A stretch of DNA of 64,000 nucleotides from Candidatus Versatilivorator sp. (GTDB lineage Bacteria; Acidobacteriota; Terriglobia; Versatilivoradales; Versatilivoraceae). The notes under the pieces were generated by a model. It was given only the letters and a program-made list of their open reading frames with translations, did not search any database and was not told the origin of the DNA. Where the stretch lies: NCBI GenBank assembly GCA_965207735.1, contig OZ242296.1:3680001-3744000 (forward strand), in the 5' to 3' direction. Shown here piece after piece: positions 26,897-35,826 of this stretch; the stretch's first letter is position 1; each line of letters opens with the position of its first letter. A program made the position numbers and the translations under genes.

Positions 26897-27845
26897 CAAA
26901 AAGAGTAATCCACGAAGGGCCGCGAAGACACATGGAATCCCTTCAACGACAGACGGCACCCAGATGCTTCTGAAAATTTGTTCCTTTGGTGTCACTATGT
27001 CATGGGATAAAGCCCTTTGGGAAACTTCCCTTTGCCAATGGGCCTGCCCCCGCCACCCTACCCCGGGGTGAATCAAACGAGGGGAAACAACAAATCTTCC
27101 CGGCCTATCGGGAACAAGGACCCTGCCAGGTTGATTCGGAATTTCGGATTATTGAACATGGATACACAGGATGCACAGGATTAACACAACGAGAGGCCGC
27201 CGCACGGGAAGCTGACTGGGAATCGGGGCGTTGGGCACGGCCAAGGCCCGCCACGGGGAAGATCAATCGAGAAGGACTAAGAATTGAACATGGATGCACA
27301 GGATGCACAGGATTGACAGGAAGAGAGCTTCCTGCACCAGAAGCCAACTCGGGCGATGATCCGGTGCGGATTTGCGGATTCCCGGCAGTAGAAGCCAGCC
27401 GTTTCCTGAAGAATCCTGTCCATCCTGTGCATCGATGTTAATGATCTCTTTAAATCACGATGGGGTCGGAAGCCCCTCCACTGGCTCCGCCGCGGTCCTT
27501 GTTGCTTCTTCGCGGACAAATCCTCTTTGTCCCTTGTGTCCTTCGTTGTCCTTCGTGTGTCTTCGTGGATCACTCTTTTTCGGTTGTTTCAGACAAGCCG
27601 GGCCCCCGCCCTGCCGTGCGGATCATACATAGAGTGAAACAATCGGAAATCGATCAACCCTTCGCGAACGTGGTACCCCGTCGCGGCCAACCTCAGCGCC
27701 TTAGTGCCCCTTCGTCGTTCTTCGTGTCCCTTCGTGGATAAATCTTTTTCTTTTGTCTCTTGTCGGTTGTTTCAGGCAAGCTGAGCCCCTGCCCTGTCGG
27801 GCAGATCATCCGAGCGTGAAACAGGGTTGTTTCAGGCAAGTTGCC
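26897..27845. repeat. Mosaic repeat island: nested inverted nonamer arrays plus a tandem array of the ~58-bp linker
   Basis: Linkers at ~27041-27090 (degenerate), 27584-27642, 27767-27823 and 27827-27840 (partial); CACAGGATG arrays at 27151-27183 and 27283-27315 with the inverse at 27411-27441; CACGAAG arms at 26898-26928 and 27539-27580. Confidence 0.88.
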
Positions 27846-27948
27846 AAGCACGCCCATCCTGCAGCCGAGGTGACGGACCACTGCCTGCTGTGGTAGTATT
27901 CGAACGGTTTTGCAGGGAGCGTCAGGTGGCAGAAGTGTGATGAGTATA

Positions 27949-28493
27949 ATGGGACCCATTGAAAAAGAAGAACTTATGAGTTCCGACCAGATCGCGCGCA
28001 CCATTCGCCGGCTGGCGCGGGAGATTCTCGGCCACAATCGGGGTCAGCATGGATTGGCTCTGGTTGGGATCCGCCGCCGCGGCGTGCCGCTGGCGGAACG
28101 TCTGGCCAGGGCTCTATGGGAAATACAGGCCGTCAGGGTTCCGGTCGGACATCTGGATATCAATCTCTACCGAGATGACCTGTCCACGGTAGCCACCCAG
28201 CCGATCGTACAGAGCAGCGAAATCGATTTCCCGTTGAGCCAGAAGATCGTGGTGCTGGTGGACGATGTCCTGTTCACCGGGCGCACCGTGCGGGCCGCCA
28301 TGGACGCTTTGGTGGACTACGGCAGGCCCAAGGCCATTCAGCTCTGCGTCCTGATCGATCGGGGGCATCGAGAACTGCCGATCCAGGCTCACTTCGTGGG
28401 TAAGGCGGTCGAGACCGACGCGGTGGAGATGGTGGAGGTGCGGTTGAACGAGATCGATTGTAGAGAAGGTGTCCTGCTGGTTGAACCTGCTTC

Positions 28494-28497
<4 letters not shown>
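27949..28497 (+). CDS. pyrR: Pyrimidine operon regulator / uracil phosphoribosyltransferase
   Basis: [34 protein letters not shown]. Confidence 0.95.
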
Positions 28498-29522
<1,025 letters not shown>

Positions 29523-29545
29523 ATTCCAGCTTGGAGGAGTCTCGA

Positions 29546-30847
29546 GTGGCATCGCTGCTGGTTAGAAACGGAAGAGTTCTGGATCCGGCCCAGGAGTTGG
29601 ACGGGATCAGCGACGTCCTGTTGGAGGATGGCAGGGTCACCCGTATTGCCCGCGGCCTGCAAGCCCCCGGAAGCACCGTGCTGGATGCCTCCGGGCTGAT
29701 CGTGGCTCCGGGTTTGATCGATATCCACGTGCACCTGAGGGAGCCCGGCAGGGAGGACGAAGAGACCATCCAGTCCGGCTCCGAGGCGGCAGCGGTCGGC
29801 GGCTTCACCTCCATCTGCTGCATGCCCAACACCGATCCCGTCAACGACAATCCGGCGGTCACCAGTTTCATCCTCAAGGAGGCTGAGCGGGGAGCCTTGA
29901 CCCGGGTGTTTCCGATAGGAGCCATCAGCGTGGGCAGCGCCGGAGAGCGCCTGGCGGAAATTGGAGAAATGGTCAACGCGGGAGCCATCGGCATCAGTGA
30001 CGACGGCAAGGGCGTGATGGACGGGCAACTCATGCGTCGGGCAATGGAATATTCGCTGCCCTTCAAGATCCCCCTCATCGAACACTGCGAAGATCTCAAC
30101 CTCTCGGCCCGCGGCTGCATGAACGAGGGGTCCCAGTCCACGGTTCTGGGCTTGAAGGGCATGAGCCGCACGGCCGAAGACGCCATGGCGGCGCGAGACA
30201 TCATGCTGGCCGAATTGACCGGCGCTCACATACACATCGCCCATCTTTCCACCCGTGGAGCGGCTGATCTGGTACGGCAGGGGAAAAGGAAGGGCATCCA
30301 TGTCACCTGCGAAGTCTGCCCCCACCATTTCACCCTCAGCGATGCTGCTTGCCGCGACTACGACACCAACACCAAGATGAGTCCTCCCCTGAGAACCGAG
30401 GACGATATCGAGGCCTTGCTGGAAGCCATCGTCGACGGCACGGTGGACTGCATCGTCACCGACCACGCTCCCCACAATCCCAATGAAAAGATGCTGGAAT
30501 TCGACCGGGCCCCCTTCGGGATCATCGGCCTCGAGACTGCGCTCGGCCTGGTCCTGACCCACCTCTACCATCCTGGTCTCATCAGTCTCCGTCGCGTGGT
30601 GGAGCTCATGAGCACCCAGCCTGCCCAACTGATCAACCAGCCGCTCGGCCATCTGAAAGCAGGAACCGCGGCCGACCTGACCTTGTTCGACCCGGACGCG
30701 GAATGGATCTATGACCTCGGACAGACCAAGTCCAAGAGCCGCAATTCCCCATTCCACGGTACCGCCCTCAAAGGGCGGGTAGCCGCCACCATCGTAGCGG
30801 GTAAGATCGTCTATCGGAGTCCGGAGTACTTCAAGGGTTCTGCTTGA
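29546..30847 (+). CDS. pyrC: Dihydroorotase
   Basis: DIHVHLREPG, MPNT, HLST, TDHAPH, APFGIIGLE. Confidence 0.95.
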   Translation: MASLLVRNGRVLDPAQELDGISDVLLEDGRVTRIARGLQAPGSTVLDASGLIVAPGLIDIHVHLREPGREDEETIQSGSEAAAVGGFTSICCMPNTDPVNDNPAVTSFILKEAERGALTRVFPIGAISVGSAGERLAEIGEMVNAGAIGISDDGKGVMDGQLMRRAMEYSLPFKIPLIEHCEDLNLSARGCMNEGSQSTVLGLKGMSRTAEDAMAARDIMLAELTGAHIHIAHLSTRGAADLVRQGKRKGIHVTCEVCPHHFTLSDAACRDYDTNTKMSPPLRTEDDIEALLEAIVDGTVDCIVTDHAPHNPNEKMLEFDRAPFGIIGLETALGLVLTHLYHPGLISLRRVVELMSTQPAQLINQPLGHLKAGTAADLTLFDPDAEWIYDLGQTKSKSRNSPFHGTALKGRVAATIVAGKIVYRSPEYFKGSA

Positions 30848-31109
30848 ACTTCTCGAGGCATTCCGAGGAGCAGAAGTATCGGGTTTCTCCGCGGAAGGAG
30901 TGGCGCAAGGCGGAGTCGGTGTCGACATAGGTGCCGCAGACGGGATCCTTCTCCATGGTGCCTTGCTTGACTGTCGACCCGCGGGAGCGGGAGGGTCCGG
31001 GGTTCTCGAAGTTGGAGGGCGCCCGCATGGGAGCCAGGAGCGCCCGCAGCACCCCGCGGACAAACATCAGCAGGGCCAGGAGAATGGCGAAGTAAAACAT
31101 CCATTTCAT
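30831..31109 (-). CDS. Membrane-anchored YHS-domain protein
   Basis: N-terminal TM; KDPVCGTYV...YFCSSEC. Confidence 0.85.
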   Translation of the reverse strand: MKWMFYFAILLALLMFVRGVLRALLAPMRAPSNFENPGPSRSRGSTVKQGTMEKDPVCGTYVDTDSALRHSFRGETRYFCSSECLEKFKQNP

Positions 31110-31240
31110 GACCGATCCTCACCCCCTGATGTTTGCATCCATAGCCATGAGTCTACCATCGATTCCATGGGCGTCAAGCGGGTGGCGGGGCCGCCCGGGG
31201 GCCCACCGGCAGGTGCTGCGGGACACGCCGGGACGGTGGT

Positions 31241-32494
31241 TCAAAAGAGTTGGTGGCCCTTCAAATCCAGCCGTTGCGCCTGGTGCATGAGCACCGCGTT
31301 CATCAGCTCGATAGCCAGCCTCGATTCCAGTGTGATCCCGGCACGGACGCCGACACAAGGGTCATGGCGTCCCATCTTGAGCTTGAACTCGATCTCTTCC
31401 AGGTTTTTGCGGACAGACTGCTGGGGAAGCAGAATAGAGGAGGTCGGTTTGAATCCCACCCGGCAGATCAAGGGACTGCCGGTGGTCACTCCACCCAGCA
31501 ATCCCCCGTGGCGGTCGCCCTGATAGCCCGTACGCCGGATGGGGTCGTTGTTCTCACTGCCACGGCGCTCGACGGCTGCCGAGCCCGCGCCGATCTCGCA
31601 CGACTGAACCGCGTGCAATCCCCCCAACGTGCCCATCAAGCGCAGTTTCAGGCTCTGGTAGAGGGGCTCCCCGACCAGCGGAGGCGGGTTGACCGCCGCC
31701 ACCTCGATCGATGCTCCCAAAGAGTCTCCCTTCTTGCGAATTTCTCTGATGGCTTCGGCGGACCGTTCGGCAAAGTCAGGGTCGAGCGTGTGGATCTCGG
31801 AACGCTCCAGGGATGCTTCCAGGCGTTCCAGGGCGTCCGGCGGACACCGGCGGGAGCCGGGTTCCTGCAAGTCTTCGAGTCGATCGGCCAAGGTCAGTGG
31901 GCTTTTCAACGGTCCCACCTGGCAGATGGAAGACAGGATCACCGTCTGGAAATGTTCCCGCAGAAATATCCGAGCGATGGAGCCGGCGATTACATCGGAG
32001 ATGGTCGATCGGTAGCTGGAGCGCCCCCCGCCTCTCGGGTCGGCGTAGCCTCGGGACTGGTGATGCTTGACCAGGTCGGTATGCCCGGGGCGCACTTCCC
32101 CCGCGGGTCCCGCAAACTGCTCATAGTCCTGTGGCCGCTTGGATGACGAAAGAACCAGGGCGGCTACCGGTTCGCCGCTGCTGCAGCCCTCCTCATAAGA
32201 GGGGACCGTGAGTGCCTGGCCCTCATCGCCAACGCGGATCGGGGGGCCGGCGGTCAACTGTTCGGTATTCTCCTGGTATATGCCCGACAAGAGGATCAAC
32301 CGGTCCTGCTCGCGCCGAGGTGTCCCGTGCTTGCTGCTCCCCGGCCGCCTGCGATCAAGGTAGCGCTGGATCCTTTCTCGGGAAATCCTGAGCCCGGGAG
32401 GGCAACCGAAAACAATGGTCGTGATGGCGGGCCCGTGGGATTCTCCGGCGCCGGCAACCCCGTACAACGGACCACCCAATATCTCCATCATCAA
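31241..32494 (-). CDS. aroC: Chorismate synthase (divergent, with insertions)
   Basis: GESHGP, LDRRRPG, RPGHTD, GGGRSSYR, GDSLG, FKPTSSI, GRHDPC. Confidence 0.9.
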   Translation of the reverse strand: MMMEILGGPLYGVAGAGESHGPAITTIVFGCPPGLRISRERIQRYLDRRRPGSSKHGTPRREQDRLILLSGIYQENTEQLTAGPPIRVGDEGQALTVPSYEEGCSSGEPVAALVLSSSKRPQDYEQFAGPAGEVRPGHTDLVKHHQSRGYADPRGGGRSSYRSTISDVIAGSIARIFLREHFQTVILSSICQVGPLKSPLTLADRLEDLQEPGSRRCPPDALERLEASLERSEIHTLDPDFAERSAEAIREIRKKGDSLGASIEVAAVNPPPLVGEPLYQSLKLRLMGTLGGLHAVQSCEIGAGSAAVERRGSENNDPIRRTGYQGDRHGGLLGGVTTGSPLICRVGFKPTSSILLPQQSVRKNLEEIEFKLKMGRHDPCVGVRAGITLESRLAIELMNAVLMHQAQRLDLKGHQLF

Positions 32495-32777
32495 CTCCTG
32501 GTAAGGCGTGAACTGACAAATGCCATATTATCACAAGCTTAGACTTAAATTTCCAGCGGGATGGCGTAGATCCCGTCAAAAGGGGTTGATCTTGAGCAGG
32601 TGATTGGGGAGCGGGAGCCGAGCCGGGTCCGCCGTGAGGCTTGGTCCGACCCGCGCGCTCGCACCCCGGAGCGATTCCATTTGCCTTTCGCTAGGCGAGT
32701 CCGCCGTTGAATTTCCAAGGCAGGCCCCATATAGTGTCGCCGGCCAAGGAACAGAGACGAATACGCCCCTAAGACCG

Positions 32778-33680
32778 ATGACACAACCATCCTCCGGAGT
32801 GAAGGTGGGCCTGCTGCAGATGGCGAGTTGCCCGCAACCTCGCGACAACCTGGAGAAGGCTCGTGAGGGAGTCCGGCAGGCAGCCGAACAGGGAGTTCAG
32901 ATCCTTTGCCTGCAGGAGTTGTTCCGGTCGCAATACTTCTGCCAAACGGAAGACGAGACCTTCTTCGATCTGGCCGAGTCGATTCCCGGGCCCACGACCG
33001 AAGCCTTGTCGGAGCTGGCCCGGAGGCATCGAATGGCGATGGTCGTGCCTCTCTTCGAGAGGAGAGCGGCAGGCCTCTACCACAATACCGCGGTCGTCCT
33101 GGATGCGGACGGCGCCATGCTGGGAAGCTATCGCAAGATGCATATTCCCGACGACCCTCTCTACTACGAGAAATTCTACTTTACCCCGGGGGACCGGGGT
33201 TACCCGACGTTCGAGACCCGCTACGGGAGCATCGGCGTGCTGGTGTGCTGGGATCAGTGGTATCCGGAGGCTGCCCGGCTGATCGCCCTGGGCGGGGCCC
33301 AGATCCTCTTCTATCCCACGGCCATCGGATGGCATCCCTCGGAGAAGCAGCAATCCGGCGCCGCCGAGCAGGAGGCCTGGCAGACCATGCAGCGCTCCCA
33401 CGCCATTGCCAACGGGATCTTCGTGGCATCGGTCAACCGCGTGGGGTTCGAATGCCCCCGGGGCGGCGAGGGTCTGGAGTTCTGGGGAGGCTCGTTCGTC
33501 TGCGACCCTTTCGGCGCGGTGTTGACGGAAGCTTCCGGGGAGGAGGCACTGGTGGTGGCGGAGTGCGACTGGAGTCGAATTGAAGAAGTCCGGCGGCAAT
33601 GGCCCTTCTTGCGAGACCGCCGCATCGACAGTTACGCGCCGATCGTCAATCGCCTTCTCGATCGTCCGCCGCGGGGCTGA
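32778..33680 (+). CDS. aguB: N-carbamoylputrescine amidase (carbon-nitrogen hydrolase)
   Basis: LQELF, YRKMHIPDDPLYYEKFYF, VCWDQWYPE, YPTAIGW, FLRDRR. Confidence 0.9.
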   Translation: MTQPSSGVKVGLLQMASCPQPRDNLEKAREGVRQAAEQGVQILCLQELFRSQYFCQTEDETFFDLAESIPGPTTEALSELARRHRMAMVVPLFERRAAGLYHNTAVVLDADGAMLGSYRKMHIPDDPLYYEKFYFTPGDRGYPTFETRYGSIGVLVCWDQWYPEAARLIALGGAQILFYPTAIGWHPSEKQQSGAAEQEAWQTMQRSHAIANGIFVASVNRVGFECPRGGEGLEFWGGSFVCDPFGAVLTEASGEEALVVAECDWSRIEEVRRQWPFLRDRRIDSYAPIVNRLLDRPPRG

Positions 33681-33782
33681 ACCCGGCGACAAGAGTGGGC
33701 TGAGCGGCCGTTTGCCGCCTCCGCGCCTGCCGCCGCTGCAGGATTGTGACAGAGGGGTTACCCTCGGAAAGGGCAGGGACCG

Positions 33783-34715
33783 ATGTCATTCTCTCCATGG
33801 ACCATGGGCCACGAGCGGACGAAGGCGGTCGTTGCTCTGTTGGCGATACTTTTCACCCTCAGCCTGGGCACCGCTACGGTGGCGGCCCAGGAGTCTCCCG
33901 CAACCGGGGAGACCTCCAGGGGCTGTTTGTGGGAAGTTTCTTCCGAGAACGGCACCTTGTTTTTGCTGGGCACCGTGCATGTTCTGAAACCCGGGACCCA
34001 TACCGTCTCTCCGGCGGCGGAAGCCGCCTTTCAGCAAGCCGGAACGATTTTGCTGGAATTGGACCTGGACGAAGGCGAATCTCCGGAGAGCCAGCAAATG
34101 TTTGCCCGGAAGGCATTGCTTCAGGGGGAGACGCTCGAGGCCAAAGTCTCCTCGGAGACCTTGGCCTTGGCCAGGGAGAAAACCGATGAGTTGGGCCTGC
34201 CCTTTGACCGGCTTCGCTCCCTGAAGCCCTGGTCTCTCAGTCTGACTCTTACCCTCTTCAAGTTGCAGACACTCGGATTCGATCCCAAGCACGGCGTCGA
34301 CCGCTACTACTTCGACAAGGGGAAACAGGCGGGCAAGGAAATCCGTGCCCTGGAATCCATGGAGTACCAGTTGGACCGGTTTGATGGAATGTCCGACAGG
34401 TTGCAAGAGGAGATGCTCTTGCAGACCCTGGAAGAACTGGGTCGGATGGAGGAAGAAATCGAAAGACTGGTGCAAGCCTGGTCCAACGGAGAGGTCAAGG
34501 TGCTGGCGGAGTTGATGCAGGAAAGTTTCGAGGATTATCCCGGCCTGTATCGAAGGCTGCTTGTCGAACGCAACAAGAACTGGCTGCTCCATCTCGAGCC
34601 CCTGCTGGATCGACCGGGAACTACGCTGGTGGTGGTCGGAGCGCTCCACCTGGTGGGACCGGAGAGCGTGGTGGCACTTCTGGAGAACCGGGGATATACA
34701 GTGAAGCAGTTGTGA
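33783..34715 (+). CDS. TraB/GumN family protein, exported
   Basis: Signal peptide; LFLLGTVH, GVD, LES..YQL, ERNKNW, VVGALHL. Confidence 0.9.
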   Translation: MSFSPWTMGHERTKAVVALLAILFTLSLGTATVAAQESPATGETSRGCLWEVSSENGTLFLLGTVHVLKPGTHTVSPAAEAAFQQAGTILLELDLDEGESPESQQMFARKALLQGETLEAKVSSETLALAREKTDELGLPFDRLRSLKPWSLSLTLTLFKLQTLGFDPKHGVDRYYFDKGKQAGKEIRALESMEYQLDRFDGMSDRLQEEMLLQTLEELGRMEEEIERLVQAWSNGEVKVLAELMQESFEDYPGLYRRLLVERNKNWLLHLEPLLDRPGTTLVVVGALHLVGPESVVALLENRGYTVKQL

Positions 34716-34743
34716 GTCGGGATGGTCCGACCCGACTACCGCC

Positions 34744-35826
34744 ATGGGCCTGATCGCGATTCCTCACGGTTACCGCATGCCGGCGGAATGGGAGCCTCAC
34801 GAGGCCACCTGGATCGCCTGGCCGCACTATCGGGCCGATTGGCCCGGCAAGTTCGCGGCCATCCCCTGGGTGTTCGGCGAGGTGGCGCGCCGCCTGCACG
34901 CTCAGGAACGGGTCAGGATCCTGGTGGAGAACGGGCGGCTGGAACAGCGGGCCCGCAGGCTGCTTTCGCAGGCCGAGGTGGATACGGCCGCCGTTGAATT
35001 CCACCAGGTGGCCACCAACCGCAGCTGGGTGCGCGACGCGGGTCCCGTATTCATCCGGCAATGCGGTTCCGGGCCGGGCGAGATGGGTATTCTGGACTGG
35101 AAGTTCAACGGCTGGGCCCGGTACTCCAACTGGCGGCGCGACGACGCCGTTCCCGGCGCGATCGCCCGGCTGCTCGGACTGAACTGCTGGCAACCAAGGA
35201 CGACGCCCGGGGGGCGCAGGATTGTTCTGGAAGGGGGCAGCATCGACGTGAACGGCCGGGGCACCCTGGTCACCACCGAGGAATGTCTGCTCAGCCCCAT
35301 CCAGGCCCGCAACCCCGGCCTCTCCAAGCCGGAGCTGGAGAAAGTCTTCCGGCGCTGTCTCGGCGTCCGCAAAGTCCTGTGGCTGGGTCGAGGCATTGCC
35401 GGCGACGATACCCATGGCCACGTGGACGACATCGCCCGCTTCGTGAACCCGACCACACTGGTTGTTTCTGTGGAATCCAACCGGCGGGATGCCAACTACG
35501 AGCCCCTGCGGGACAACCGGAGGCGGCTGGCGGAAGCCACCGACCAGGACGGGCGGCCCCTTCGGGTGGTTGAGCTGCCCATGCCGCAGCCCCTTTTTTT
35601 TGGCGGGCGGCGCCTCCCCGCCAGCTATGCCAACTTCTATATCGCCAACCGAACCGTCCTGGTCCCCACCTTCAACGACCCCAACGACCGCCTGGCCCTG
35701 AGCCGGCTCAGCCGATTATTCCCGGACCGTTCAGTGGTCGGCATTCACAGCGTGGATCTGGCCTGGGGTTTCGGCACCCTTCACTGCCTCACCCTGCAGC
35801 AGCCCCTGGCCGAAAACGCGGGCTAA
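34744..35826 (+). CDS. aguA: Agmatine deiminase
   Basis: MPAEWEPH, WVRDAGP, LEGGSIDVNG, DDTHGHVD, ASYANFY, GTLHCLT. Confidence 0.93.
   Translation: MGLIAIPHGYRMPAEWEPHEATWIAWPHYRADWPGKFAAIPWVFGEVARRLHAQERVRILVENGRLEQRARRLLSQAEVDTAAVEFHQVATNRSWVRDAGPVFIRQCGSGPGEMGILDWKFNGWARYSNWRRDDAVPGAIARLLGLNCWQPRTTPGGRRIVLEGGSIDVNGRGTLVTTEECLLSPIQARNPGLSKPELEKVFRRCLGVRKVLWLGRGIAGDDTHGHVDDIARFVNPTTLVVSVESNRRDANYEPLRDNRRRLAEATDQDGRPLRVVELPMPQPLFFGGRRLPASYANFYIANRTVLVPTFNDPNDRLALSRLSRLFPDRSVVGIHSVDLAWGFGTLHCLTLQQPLAENAG

Noticed and set aside
27584-27845. CRISPR array
   Set aside because: Repeats are ~58 bp and degenerate, spacers are 124 and 3 nt, the long spacer is itself multicopy, and no cas genes are present
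27846-27948. PyrR attenuator leader
   Set aside because: No PyrR-binding loop or U-tailed terminator recognisable by eye
26813-28037. Short ORFs in the glnE-pyrR gap (for example 26986-27441, 27460-27741, 27693-28037)
   Set aside because: They translate repeat modules (EHGCTG, RVKQSEID, IHEDTRRTTK) that recur in other spurious ORFs
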